Below are positions 28,453 through 44,813 of a stretch of 64,000 nucleotides of DNA, piece by piece. Made by a program: the position numbers and the translations under genes. The notes beneath the pieces were generated by a model that did no database searches, was not told the DNA's origin, and saw only the letters and a program-made list of their open reading frames with translations. The stretch comes from Tubiluchus corallicola. Lineage: Eukaryota; Animalia; Priapulida. Location of the stretch: positions 1-64,000 of the forward strand of contig JAQGDQ010001065.1 of NCBI GenBank assembly GCA_030141605.1, written 5' to 3'. Positions within the stretch are counted from its first letter, which is position 1. Every line of letters begins with the position of its first letter.

Positions 28453-29498
28453 GGTTAGTTTAACGATGCTTTTGCCTGTTATTTCCACTTTTGCACACGC
28501 TTTTTGACACAGTCACACTGCAGTGTGGAAAATATACTTTGCAAATCAATAATGACTCATCAATAACTAGCTAATGAATGGCGTTAAAATTAACACGTAG
28601 TGATACTCATTAATATCTGTTGCAAAAAGTAGTAATTAGAACTTTACAGTGCTCGAAAACTCCCTAACGAGTGCACATAATTCTAAATTGTCTACAAGTG
28701 ATTGTTAGGTCTTCCATTATGAAGATATGGAAACCTTTATTTAAAGTTTTCTATTGATATTCAAAAGTTTTTACATTGTTGAGAGTAGTGGGTGCATCGC
28801 TTGAGTATCAAGCTGCTATGTGCATTTGGCTTCACTTTAGAGTCAAAACAGATTAACTTTGCATATGGAAGGTCTAGCTAAGACCTGTAAACTATGTATT
28901 TTCTTTCAACAGGTTAAGTAATAGGCAACAAGGCCAGTCAAGACAAATTTTTGTCCACATGTGACTGCTGTGATGATGCTGGCCTACACCTCTCCGGAGT
29001 ACCATTTAGCTGTGTATAAAAAACTTTGATACAATTCAATTAAAGCTGCTGGTTGATTCTAACAAAAGCCTCACCTCATATGAAACAACTGTTGTGCTTA
29101 CAATAAATAGTGATGATCAGTACAATTATAAGTATGGTATTACAAGTTAAACAGGTTGCGGTTACAGACATTTATAACAGGGAAAATTGCTGACATGCGT
29201 GTTTTGAATGCTTTATTCTCTGTGTTTCTGTAGCCAGAGTCCAAAACATGCTACTGAAGTTTGTTGTTTTTATAGTATATATATTTAATTACATATATAC
29301 TTTATATATATACATAAAGTATATATATATATACGTATATATATTTATATTATAAAAGTAACAAACTTAAGGAGTTTACAAAAAGAATATATATATATAT
29401 ATTCTGACACCACTGAACTGCTGGAGGCATCTTGCCACCCGGGGGTGATTCGGGCCTGCAGGTACGGAAGCGGAGTAGCCTAATAATGATTTCTACTT

Positions 29499-29587
29499 AA
29501 CCACAGTTAAACAAAGCTGAATACATATATTATATTGTATATATTATAATTTTATATATATATATAAAATTATATATACATATATAT

Positions 29588-29638
<51 letters not shown>

Positions 29639-29737
29639 TAAAATTATAATATATACAATATAATATATGTATTCAGCTTTGTTTAACTGTGGTTATATAT
29701 ATATTTGTTTGAAAATTTTGTCGTCGTCATTGTTGTT

Positions 29738-29768
<31 letters not shown>

Positions 29769-30053
29769 ACTATATATATATATGCATATATAGTTTTGTG
29801 GCAATAACAAGCAAAAACAACTTTAAACCAACTCTTCTGACTGTTTAAATGTATTATATTATATATGTATGTATATATATATTAAAACAGTCAGAAGAGT
29901 TGGTTTAAAGTTGTTTTTGCTTGTTATTGCCACAAAACTATATATACATATATATATAGTTATATTGCTATATATATATATATATATATATATATCAACT
30001 ATTATAGTTGCTATATATATATATCAGCAACAACGATGACGACAAAATTTTCA

Positions 30054-30065
<12 letters not shown>
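29499..30065. repeat. Adjacent and nested palindromes separated by (AT)n
   Basis: Inverted pairs 29499-29553/29640-29694, 29701-29735/30028-30062 and 29787-29846/29885-29945. Confidence 0.88.
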
Positions 30066-30097
<32 letters not shown>

Positions 30098-30674
30098 CTG
30101 CCCCTGCCCTGCACCCATTTATATATACATATAAAAATATACAAAAATTAATAGTTAAAGAACAATATAAAATTTAAAGACTAACCATAAAGACTAGCCT
30201 TCTATTATTACGGACAGATTGGATTGCATGTTGTTGATCACTTCAAATGGATAACCTAAAATTTATATCACATATTCATTAATCAAATTCAAAATTATGT
30301 TCACGTAACCGAAGTTGTAATCAACTCTTTTCCACGAAACTAATAATTAGCTTTGTCATTCGTTAATGGCTTGTCACCGTCGTTGCCGTCAAAGAGAGTG
30401 CCTCTTTTATGAAGTTGCCCCTCCTTTTAAATATAGTTCTGGCACCAATTATCTGTTTCTCAGTTATTGTAATTTACTTTTTGCTGCTTTCTGTCTTATT
30501 TGATAAAGCGTTTTAATGCTTAATAACCGAGTGTCATGCTTTTTCATTTTTGCCGTAATGTTATTTTCAAGAAGCATTCTCACGCAGTCGCATTATACTG
30601 TCTCCAATTAATTATTATGCTACTTTAATACACCTCTATGTAAATTAAACATCCGCTGTGGTCGTTTCTTCTCT

Positions 30675-31125
30675 TTTTCTTCTTCCTATCCCTAATCTTA
30701 CTGTTTTTTCCCATTCCATCATGTCTACTAACCCTAACCATTCTTTCATTAACTCGTTCTCTCCTCCCTTCCTTCTTCCTCCCCGTAATCTTACTATTTT
30801 TTCCATTCCATCATGTCTACAAACCCTAACCATACTTTCGTTCACTCGTCCTCCCCTCCCTTCCTTCTTCCCATCCCTAATCTTACTATTTTTCCATTCC
30901 ATCATGTCTACTAACCCTAACCATTCTTTCATTCACTCATACTCAGCTCCCTTCCTTCTTCCTATCCCTTATCTTACTATTTTTTTCCCATTCCATCATG
31001 TCTACTAACTCTAACCATTCTTTCATTCACTCATCCTCCCCTCCCTTCCTTCTTCCTATCCCTAATCTTACTATTTTTCCATTCCATCATGTCTACTAAC
31101 TCTAACCATTCTTTCATTCACTCAT
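30675..31125 (+). repeat. ~93-bp pyrimidine-rich tandem repeat x5
   Basis: CCATTCCATCATGTCTAC recurs five times. Confidence 0.9.
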
Positions 31126-33289
31126 TTGTGCCACCTTAACAAGCCAAGCTTTCAAGGTGTCATACAGAAACTCTTTTATTTGGTTAATTTGACTTCATCA
31201 ACGTTTTTTTTACCTATACTGTTCCTTTTTGTTTCAATAATATTGTATGTTGATGTATTGTATATGTATTGCTGGAGTGAAATAAATTGAATGATTGATT
31301 GATTAAATTTCCATGACATATATAATGTAGGTGTACATGTAATGGAAGAAAAGAAAAAATGTCTTTGTGCTTTGTGTGTTGCATTGTTGCTCATTTATAA
31401 TCTACTGTCGTGCATTTGTAAATGTAGCGGTTCCAAAAGCTATAGTGTTCCAAAAACTTGGTGTGGAGGTATTACAAAGGCCAGTTAACATATTATATGT
31501 GTGCTTGCATAGCAAAATCGTTCATAAATCGGCAACTAAGGCTTTCTAGTTATTCACACATGCCGAATCCTTATTCCATGAGAATCATTTCGATACCAAG
31601 CTCATCGCTCTATGTTATTTCTAAGCTGAGATAATCCACTTTGAAGTTGAGGTGCAGGCTGCACACTGAAAAACATAATCTTGAGAAAATATCTGTTAAA
31701 GTTAGCCATTGTTTTTGTCGCGTTTCTACAAAACACTTAGCAACCGTACGTAAGTCTGGTTGCTATGGACTTTGCAAGAGCACATTGAAGTTTTGCTTAG
31801 ATCCAGTAAATGGCTCTTTCTGACGAAGGTCTAAGCTTGACAACTGAAAAAACCCGAAGCAAAATGACAGCTGCCTGGAACTACCATCTGAGTTTAAAAA
31901 TACAAGTTTTTTTACAATTGCAGTACTAGCTTCTAGGCAGAAAGTCATAAGTCATTTATTTCACCTTACACATTTACAATGGTTACATATACAATATCTA
32001 GTGAAAGGACCTACAATGAACATAATACAAATAAGAAATACTGCACAGGAAAAGCCTCAAACACTGTTCACTTATACACGAAGGTAAATGTGTTGCGGGC
32101 AATCAAAAAGCAGGGCTTGCTAGATTGTCCCACAAAGTGGGTAAGGAGTTATAAAATTAAACTTTTAGTATTTTTTGAACACTTTCTTGATAATTTGATG
32201 ATATAATATAAAAGTCCAATTTATTTAGCGTTCATTTTTACAAAATACGAAAAATTGACGTTTGACCAAATTTTTGGGTCATTCATCATTCTACTTTGAA
32301 GCATCATGACGCTGTTATAACTATATGCCGACTGGTTTTATAATTCCTGGCAAGTTTCTTCAAGATTCTAAAAAATAATCGACGAATCAGCGGCCGGAAA
32401 CAGTGAGAAGGACAAATCCAGCTGCTTCAAAGCACTCGCGACGAGTCGTAAAGAAAGTATCGAAATCTTGTTGTTCAATATTTGCTCTCACTTAGCCGTC
32501 GCAGCTCACAAAGAGGAAGTCCATCCCTGCTTAGTTCAAGCCACAAGTTAAAGGAAATCGTTTGAAGCTTTTACATATAAATTAAGAATTACTGCCTTAA
32601 TTGGCCGTCTAACGTGGCGGCGAAAAATCGAATTAGACCGTTAATGGTTTAACGAGTAAATGCTCGTCCGCATTAAACAAGGCGCGGCCATGACAGGGGT
32701 TGCTAAGCAACGCCGTCTACGTCACGTTTAGCTCAAGAATTCTTAAAAAGATTACCAGGAACGGCTGCTTTGCTGCCGTCCATTGTTCTATTCGATTGTT
32801 CGTTGTAGATATTTTTCACATTGGTGCGTTCTAACTGGTGGTATTCCACAGGGGGCATGTATCGGCCCGCTGCTGTTAAGTGCAAGTATGGAAGCTCAGC
32901 CAAGCCAACTCCGCATGGCTCATTTGATGTACTTAGCGCACGAAATTGTGCTTATTGCCCAGACTTTGATGTCAATCGTCCATCCAAACATTACGATTCA
33001 ATTTGCCGGCAAATCCCCCTTTTGTTGTTTATCATCAAGAGTTTGAGCCTGGCGTTAAACCCTAGCGGCTTAGAGTCGTCAAAGCCGGATGAGACGTGAG
33101 GCTGTTTGTACGTGTGTCTGTCCATATTCCTGTGGATATGTTTTAATATGAGATGCTCATTTAGTTTATTTTATTGTGGACTAAATAATCGTAACTGTGA
33201 AAAAGGCAGAGAGTTTATATATGTACTATATAATATAATATTGTCATAGTTGTATTTCAAATACTTTTAAATACATGTATTTTTAAAGC

Positions 33290-34010
33290 AAATTCCTTTT
33301 TCTTTCTTTTTCCTTTCATTTTCTTTTTCATTTTTTCGGTTTCTGTTTTTCTTTATATTTTCTCTTTTCTTTCCACTTTTTCTTTTCTTCTTTGTTTCTT
33401 CATTTCTCTTCTTTTCTCTTTCTTTCTTTTTGCTTTCTATCTTCTTTTTTCCTTCCTTCATTCGTTTTTCTTTCTTTCTTTCTTTCTTCTTTCCTTCCTT
33501 CCTTTCTTTTTTTGCTTGTTTGTTTTTTTCCTCCCTTCTTCTTTCTTTGTTCGTTTCTTTCCTCCCTTCCTTTTACTTTCGTTCTTTCGTTTCCTCTTTT
33601 TCTTTCTTTTCTTTCTTTTTACCCCTCTTCCTTCCTTTCTTCCTCCTTTTTTCTTTCTCTCCTTTTCCTTCTTTTTCTCTTTTCTCATTTTTTTCTTTTC
33701 TTTCTTTTTACCTTTCTTCTTCTCCCTTTTTTCGTTCTTTCTCTCTTTTCCTCCCCCTTTCTCTTTTCTCATTTCTTTCTTTTCTTTCTTTTTACCTTTC
33801 TTCTTTACTTTTTTTCGTTCCTTCTCTCTTTTCCTTCCCTTTTCTCTTTTCTCTTTTCTCTTTTCTCATTTTTTTCTTTTCTTTCTTTTTACTTTTCTTC
33901 TTTCCTTTTTTTCATTCCTCTCTCTTTTTCCCCTTTTTCTCTTTTCTCATTTTTTTCTTTCTTTTATCGCTTTTTTCTTACCTTCTCCTTTCTTCCCTTC
34001 TGCTTTTCTT
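33290..34010 (+). repeat. Polypyrimidine low-complexity tract (~720 bp)
   Basis: Almost entirely C/T. Confidence 0.95.
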
Positions 34011-34391
34011 AGTAACTTTTTATCACAGAACACTGGTCTTTGTTATACTGAAAACATCAAAATGCCGTTTATGCTGTTGAGTAGTTAGATCTGCCACTCA
34101 AACTCATAATAACTGCAACATTAACTATCCTCCGCTAAAGTATTGATTTTATCTTTGACTAACGTGTCAATTAAGATGATTTTTCGTGTCCACTGAAACC
34201 AATACTCACTCTAGCGTAACCGCCAGCAAAGTGCTTCTCAATTATTTATATTGTATTTGAAAGAGATCCATAAATTTGGTAGTAAACTTTGCCTGAGGTG
34301 ACAGCTTTGCGAAATCTTTTCATAGCTGCCAAGCAGATGACACCATTGGTGGAATTCCCACGAGGACGGCACGCAATTGTGCCTCTGTTGT

Positions 34392-35044
<653 letters not shown>

Positions 35045-36494
35045 CCTGTTGTAAGTCGACCCTGCCTGAACGAATTCGCCGCTTAAATCACTCCGCCAGT
35101 ATTCGTCTCGTAATTATGTCGGGGAAAAGTATAATGACGAATTAACGTCGCAGGTTTACAGTCGATTGTTACGAATAAATGGGTTTCTTCATTTACCCGC
35201 ACGGGGAATCATAACTGCAGTCATATATTCCCCGCCATAATCCAGAAAAATTACTTTGGGAGATGATAATAACCATGTAAGATTAGTCGACTCGATTACT
35301 CCGTGCAGATGTTGCTCGAGTCGATTGCTTTTTATAATTTATATGGCGCGTATAATGAGCTGTGGAGATTGCAGCGTATCATGGGCTATTACGCGCCACT
35401 GCGCATGCGCCGCGTGATTGTCAATTACACAGACGAGAGCGCTTCAGTTTCATTAGATCACAGTGTTGTTCAATTATTGCGGTTATATTATATAGTTACG
35501 GGTTATTATTATTATATAGGCAGGCTAAATGGCTGAGCAGAATACCCTTATAAGCGTCAGATATGGTTAGAAGCTTGCCGCGTGTAACAATAATAAAATC
35601 AAATAAAAAAGAAGAAAAAAGAAGAAAAAAATGGCGAAGTGGTGAGTGGACGATAGACGTTGAAAGGAGGCAGAGAAAAGAAAAGAAAACGAAAGTAAAA
35701 GAGGCTGTAAGAATAGCACAAAAACGTAGAAAAAGGAAGGGAAAGAAAAAAAAGCGTGGAAGAAGAAAGAAAAAGGCATTAGTAGAAGCAAGGTGAAAAC
35801 AAAACAAGAAAAAAGTAAAATAGAAATGTGGCTGCAGAAAAGAAAAAATATTTTAGAAAATATATATATAAATATATAAATTACATTATATATAAATATA
35901 TAAAAATATATATACTTTTTATCAGTAGGCCCCTATAGAAATTCAAGGAAGTTGGACTTTTCATCGGAGAAAATAGCATTTAATACCAAGTCAGTAATAT
36001 TAGATTGCAAAATATTTTAATTTGTTTAGTGCACAGTAAGGTGACGCCAGAAGAGCTTTAAAGGAAAACATTCTGACCTATAAATTATTGAAAGGGAGCA
36101 AAAAGTTATTGTCTTTTTTCAAGAACCACTTACGTGAAAGAATTGTTGCCATGGAAACGTAATTTTGCGTTCGCGCGGTCAGTTCGTCGCTGTTGCATGC
36201 ATTTCGCTGTTCGATGGGCACCAGCGCTATCTGGATAACGCACTGCACAAAGGAAGAGGCACTGTACCTCTTAGTTCAGGTGTTGTTCAGTTGTGACGTA
36301 GGGTACACGTTCGAGTGCTCATGCGTGAGCAAGTTACAAACTTTAAATTTAAGTTTTTAAACCTAAAATTTAGGGAGTTTTTGTGTATCACACTGAATGT
36401 TGTACAGTAGCATTGTACTTCAATTTTCACTTTCACACACATGTACAGGGCAAGTTCGTGGAATATTTTTGCTGTTTGAAAATTTTGCTAGTTT

Positions 36495-37006
36495 GTGATG
36501 TCATCAATAATGGGTTCGCCCGCCGTTAATTAAACGTTTAATCTATTACTCAATTATCAGAAAAGCTTTTGTAATATTAATTGTGTTAAAATGTACAATT
36601 TTGTCGGACTTGTAGTACTATATGGTAGTATAATGTGATAGTATAATGTACGAAAATGTGGTAGTGTATGAAAAATCATCCTGTCTTCCTTTAATTATAA
36701 ATGTGGGCAAGGAAATAGGGGTGAGAGCTGATTCTGAATTAAAGTCTGAATTAATAAAATTTAATTTTACTACGATCTGTTGAAATCGTTATGATGTGAC
36801 GTCATCAATTGTAGCTACCCGGCCGTTAGTTAAAATTTTCAACCTATTATTGAATTATCTGAAATACTTTGGCATCATTATAAGTGTTAAAATGTATACT
36901 CTTAACTGTACTTCAAAATTGGACGGGATCTGAAAAATCATCCTGTTTTCCTTTAAGTAATAAATGGCAAGGAAATGGGGGGGGGAGAGCTGATTCTGAA
37001 TTAAAG
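36495..37006 (+). repeat. Diverged direct duplication of ~250-300 bp
   Basis: GTGA(T/C)GTCATCAAT ... GAGAGCTGATTCTGAATTAAAGT occurs twice. Confidence 0.7.
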
Positions 37007-37119
37007 TTTTCCCACAATTATTTAGCCTGTTAGCTTTTACAATCAGAGAATCATACAACACAATCATTAACAAGTCACGAAGAATTATATTATAATATCT
37101 ATACTAGCAGGTACAATCA

Positions 37120-39010
37120 CAGAATCAAATAACATGGTTATTATCAATACTAAAATACCACTATACTAAAACACAGAGGAACTTAGCCTGGCTAGCCCAC
37201 AGGTCTAAATGTTCAAGGAAGACCTGTCTTACACAGCTTAAATACAGAAAACTAGAACACTATTAATGTAAATGGTCATTCAGAAGCAAATAACATATTA
37301 TTATCAATACTAAAATACAGCGAAACAATTAGCCTGGCTAGCCCACAGGTCTAAATGTTCAAGGTAGACCTGTCTTACACAGCTTAAATACAGAAAACTA
37401 GAACACTATTAATGTAAATGGTCATACAGAAGCAAATAACATATTATTATCAATACTATAATACTAAAACACAGCGAAACAATTAGCCTGGCTAGCCCAC
37501 AGGTCTAAATGTTCAAGGTAGATCTGTCTTACACAGCTTAAATACAGAAAACTAGAACACTATTAATGTAAATGGTCATACAGAAACAAATAACATATTA
37601 TTATCTATACTAAAATACTAAAATACTAAAATACAGCGAAACAATTAGCCTGGCTAGCCCACAGGTCTAAATGTTCAAGGTAGACCTGTCTTACACAGCT
37701 TAAATACAGAAAACTAGAACACTATTAATGTAAATGGTCATTCAGAAGCAAATAACATATTATTATCAATACTAAAATACCACTATACTAAAACACAACG
37801 GAACAATTAGCCTGGCTAGGCCACAGGTCTAAATGTTCAAGGAAGACCTGTCTTACACAGTTTAAATACAGAAAACTAGAACACTATTAATGTAAATGGT
37901 CATTCAGAAGCAAATAACATATTATTATCAATACTAAAATACAGCGAAACAATTAGCCTGGCTAGCCCACAGGTCTAAATGTTCAAAGTACACCTGTCTT
38001 ACACAGCTTAAATACAGAAAACTAGAACACTATTAATGTAAATGGTCATTCAGAAGCAAATAACATATTATTATCTATACTAAAATACTAAAATACTAAA
38101 ATACAGCGAAACAATTAGCCTGGCTAGCCCACAGGTCTAAATGTTCAAGGTAGACCTGTCTTACACAGCTTAAATACAGAAAACTAGAACACTATTAATG
38201 TAAATGGTCATTCAGAAGCAAATAACATATTATTATCAATACTAAAATACTAAAACACAGCGAAACAATTAGCCTGGCTAACCTACAGGTCTAAATGTTC
38301 AAGGTAGACTTGTCTTACACAGCTTAAATACAGAAAACTAGAACACTATTAATGTAAATGGTCATTCAGAAGCAAATAACATATTATTATCTATACTAAA
38401 ATACTAAAATACTAAAATACAGCGAAACAATTAGCCTGGCTAGCCCACAGGTCTAAATGTTCAAGGTAGACCTGTCTTACACAGCTTAAATACAGAAAAC
38501 TAGAACACTATTAATGTAAATGGTCATTCAGAAGCAAATAACATATTATTATCAATACTAAAATACTAAAACACAGCGAAACAATTAGCCTGGCTAACCT
38601 ACAGGTCTAAATGTTCAAGGTAGACTTGTCTTACACAGCTTAAATACAGAAAACTAGAACACTATTAATGTAAATGGTCATTCAGAAGCAAATAACATAT
38701 TATTATCTATACTAAAATACTAAAATACTAAAATACAGCGAAACAATTAGCCTGGCTAGCCCACAGGTCTAAATGTTCAAGGTAGACCTGTCTTACACAG
38801 CTTAAATACAGAAAACTAGAACACTATTAATGTAAATGGTCATTCAGAAGCAAATAACATATTATTATCAATACTAAAATACTAAAACACAGCGAAACAA
38901 TTAGCCTGGCTAACCTACAGGTCTAAATGTTCAAGGTAGACTTGTCTTACACAGCTTAAATACAGAAAACTAGAACACTATTAATGTAAACGGTCATTCA
39001 GAAGCAAATA
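37120..39010 (+). repeat. ~145-162-bp tandem satellite, ~12 copies, with variable (ATACTAAA)n insert
   Basis: TTAGCCTGGCTAGCCCACAGGTCTAAATG recurs. Confidence 0.96.
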
Positions 39011-39759
39011 AGTACAGTAAGATTAGAGGGAAATTTAAGGTATTTCAATGTCATTCAGAAGCAAATACGTACAGTAAGATTAGAGGGAAATTTAAGGTAT
39101 TTCAATGTTGTAACAAGCCTAAAAAAGGAGGGAATGAAAGAGAGATGAGCAAAAACAAAAACAATGTAATATTCACAAGTAAAGTTAATCAAACGCGAAG
39201 TAATTATGAGACGAACTTCGCGACAATAAACATTGGCCTTACACCAACACTCATGGAAACCCTTCGCTACGCTGTAATAGTTTACAACATTCTCAAGTGC
39301 AAAAACACCACGTGCGAGTCACATTGAGTGATGATGACGGGACGTAGAGTTGGCTAATGAGCAGTGAGGATACCAGGCGCTAGAAAGATGACCCTGCTGA
39401 TGATACTGATGACAAGCATGTGTTGCCGTGGGTGATGCTGTTGCATAGTTTCGGTCAGATTCTGGAGCTTTGTAGATGAAATAGGCGGAAGTCGAGTCGG
39501 CGAGAGAGTAGTGTTTAGAGTAATGGTGGATTTTTCTAGAAGTAGAAAGTAGAATATTTCTCCAGAACTTTTTTGAAACTTTTGATTGAGATTTTTAACT
39601 CACTAAGGTTTGGCTATTCTAACGATTTGTCTTTTTGGTGTATTTCTGTTTTCATTTTTTATTCTTTTATTTATTCATTCTGTCATTTAAGCATTTATTT
39701 ATCCACGTGAGGTATTCCTTAACGTATTTATTCATTCAAACACGTATTCATTATTCTTA

Positions 39760-41460
<1,701 letters not shown>

Positions 41461-41584
41461 ATATATATTAGTGACTCACGGCACAGACACACGATCGACT
41501 TTTTCGGTCAAAAAATCGTATCATGTTGTGCTCTTCCAATCTTGTTTGTCGACGAATTTGTGTCATTCAGCAAACTGGCATTTC

Positions 41585-42510
41585 AGTCAAGTCAGTTTTT
41601 ATATGAATCGTCATTTGTAAAGTTTTTGCTGACTTTTCATTATATGAAGTACATAAGTGTCCGAGCGTGTGCGTGCATTTTTGACATATATTTTTATTTT
41701 TGATCAATATATTTTATATATTTTTGACTAAAATAGGGCAAAATCCCGAAAAATTCGTTGTTTTCTAAGCCATTTTATGCATATCTATTCCTCTACGGCG
41801 CATTTTAGTTACATACTCACGTTTCTAAAGAAATCGATGACAAATCTTGACTGGTACACCTGCGATTTTTGTCGTCTGACAAGAGTTGAAAGACAAAAGC
41901 TAGCAGCGTGTCAAAATGTTTAAATCGTCCACGCAACTTGTACATTGAGTAACCAATTGAGTAACAATACGTCGTGTTTCTTATCAAGAGTGAATTAGGT
42001 CTTCCACTAGCTTTTCAGTCATACTTTACTCCAGTTTCAAATCAACATGATCATTACACAAGATATTCAGTCGGAAACTATGTACTCCCCCTTCCAAAAA
42101 CAAATATAATGAAACAGTCATCAAAATATAATGCTATTAAAATATTGTCATCAATTCCGCGTGAAATGAAAACTCTTAATCTTTATCAATTTAAAAAAGC
42201 ATCAAAAAATTACCTACTACAACGGTATAATTAACTCGCAATTTTACTCATCCTGATCTTAAGTTACTAACAAAACTTATTTTGTTCTAATGTATGCCAT
42301 AGCTCACAATTTTACTCATCCTGATCTTAAGTTACTAACAAAACTTATTTTGTTCTAATGTATACCATAACTGATGAAAATGTAATGTTAATTGTCAATT
42401 TTTCCACTTATCTGGAGGAGGACTCGAAAGCTAAATGCTCCTTCCTCCTCCTCACAGTAACTCGTTTAGTTTATATTTTTTTCAATGTAATATCAATTTG
42501 TATGTATGTT
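41585..42510 (+). mobile_element. Third copy of the composite repeat: upstream segment plus LINE tail (ORF 41974-42234)
   Basis: Near-identical to ~1008-1830, with a single hairpin unit. Confidence 0.8.
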
Positions 42511-43181
42511 TGCAAATGAAGGTTTTACGCTACCAAGATGAGTTCACCCTAATCTGCACTGATGCGCGAACGTTCCACGTTGGTGTAATAACACATTGGG
42601 CTAGGCTGGCAACACGTTCTAACATTTCTGACACCCAATTATTTTATCGCATCATTTTGCCTGCTGTCAAACACCTGGGACGAAGGAGAATCGAATCATT
42701 TCCCATTCTCATGTGGCATCCAGCGCCTCCGGGGAATCTCTTACCACTTACCACCGATACCCTCCGTGTTAAATCAAAAAATGCGAAAATTTCCCTGACT
42801 AATTTTTCTAAGCTGTCTAAACGAGTTGCCATTAGCGATCAAAGCGCCGTCACACGTGGTGGCAGATTTTCTTAATTAGCAGGCGATACATGAACGGTGA
42901 GCGCCATCTGAAATCAAACACCACCTAGCGGCTGCACGTTTAATGGATGCAAGATTGGCCTTATTGTGCAGCGGAGGTTCAGTTACAGACATTGGTGTTT
43001 AGCTTCACTCCGTGTTTGTTTTATCAACCATTATCCAGGGAAATTAGACTTCATATGTACAGATATCACTTATCCTGTACAAAGCGTTCACTAAGGCAAA
43101 CTGACAGCACCCCTTCCGTAATATAATAGACTGTCTCTCAATTAAGCAGTCATTAATTAACGACTTATGCTAGAAACTCAA

Positions 43182-43289
43182 ATCACGTTGAAAACACCGG
43201 TTCTCGTCTGATCACGGAAGTTAAGCAACGTAGAGCCTAGATAGTACTTGGATGGGTGACCGCTTAGGAATACCAGATGCTGTAGGCTT
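43182..43289 (+). pseudogene. 5S rRNA-derived copy 1 (lacks first ~12 nt)
   Basis: ATCACGTTGAAAACACCGGTTCTCGTCTGATCAC.GAAGTTAAGCAACGT...TAGTACTTGGATGGGTGACCGC...GAATACC..TGCTGTAGGCTT matches invertebrate 5S positions ~13-120. No adjacent oligo-T terminator. Confidence 0.85.
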
Positions 43290-43946
43290 GCGGGATGCCC
43301 ACACTGTATCTCGACACTAGGCGGAGGAGCTGCACAAATCGTTCACTAAGGCAAACTGACAGCACCACTTCCGAAATGGATACAAAACACCAGTTTAACG
43401 TGTTGACCAAAAGTTTTTTTTATTGTTGTTAGAGCCTTTAACAGCTACAAAGACAGGAATGAGAACTGCAAGTAGCCTTAAGAACAGCGACGTCACAACA
43501 ATAAATTCGTAAGAAATTCACTGTCATAATGCTCATCACAGTCAGATCAGAAAAATAGAGCAATGGTGGAGAGAACCAAAAGACGGGTAAAATGTCATAC
43601 AACTACTACAGCTATAGCTCACGAAGGGCCAAAATGCTAATGCATTGAAGGATATTAGGTGCTTCAATTTTAAAAGACTGGCTACTGTAAAAGGTAAAAA
43701 GCCTACTACATAAACAAACAGGTGGCAGTACCGTGGCAGTAATTGAGAACTAAATTAAAACCAAAAAAGGGCCTATGCACCCACTACACCTTCCATAATA
43801 TAATAGACTGCCTATTATGAGAAACAACTACATGTATTGCTGTAATAACTGTAATACTAGACTAGCTGACAGCACCCCTTCCATAATATAATAGACTGTC
43901 TCTCAACTAAGTACTCATTAATTAACGACTTATGCTAGAAACTCAA

Positions 43947-44054
43947 ATCACGTTGAAAACACCGGTTCTCGTCTGATCACCGAAGTTAAGCAACGTACAG
44001 CCTGGTTAGAACTTGGATGGGTGACCGCCTAGCAATACCAGGTGCTGTGGGCTT
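43947..44054 (+). pseudogene. 5S rRNA-derived copy 2
   Basis: Same sequence with box A and box C recognisable; 5' truncated at the same point as copy 1. Confidence 0.85.
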
Positions 44055-44705
44055 GCGGGATGCTCACTCTGTATCTCGACACTAGGCGGAGGAGCTGCAC
44101 AAAGCGTTCACTAAGGCAAACTGACAGCACCACTTCCGAAATGGATACAAAACACCAGTTTAATGTGTTGACCAAAAGTTTTTTTTATTGTTGTTAGAGC
44201 CTTTAACAGCTACAAAGACAGGAATGAGAACTGCAAGTAGCCTTAAGAACAGCGACGTCACAACAATAAATTCGTAAGAAATCCACAGTCATAATGCTCA
44301 TCACAGTCAGAAAAATAGAGCAATGGTGGAGAGAACCAAAAGACGGGTAAAATGTCATACAACTACTACAGCTATAGCTCACGAAAGGCCAAAATGCTAA
44401 TGTATTGAAGGATATTATGTGCTTCAATTCTAAAAGAGTGACTACTGTAAAAAGCTAAATGCCTACTAATAAACAAACAGGTGGCAGCACCGTGGCAGTA
44501 ATTGAGAACTAAATTAAAACCAAAAAAGAGCCTATGCACCCACTACACCTTCCATAGTATAATAGACTGTCTATTATGAGAAACAACTACATGTATTGTT
44601 GTAACAACTGTAATACTACACTAGCTGACAGCACCCCTTCCATAATATAATAGACTGTCTCTCAACTAAGTACTCATTAATTAACGACTTATGCTAGAAA
44701 CTCAA

Positions 44706-44813
44706 ATCACGTTGAAAACACCGGTTCTCGTCTGATCACCGAAGTTAAGCAACGTACAGCCTGGTTAGAACTTGGATGGGTGACCGCCTAGCAATACCAG
44801 GTGCTGTGGGCTT
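44706..44813 (+). pseudogene. 5S rRNA-derived copy 3
   Basis: Apparently identical to copy 2. Confidence 0.85.

Noticed and set aside
27612-28463. 283-aa repetitive ORF
   Set aside because: It is a 69-bp minisatellite with a GTG start, and the paralogous region has a single non-coding unit.
43182-44813. Functional 5S rRNA genes
   Set aside because: The 5' 12 nt are missing, there are stem mismatches, and no adjacent terminator is present.
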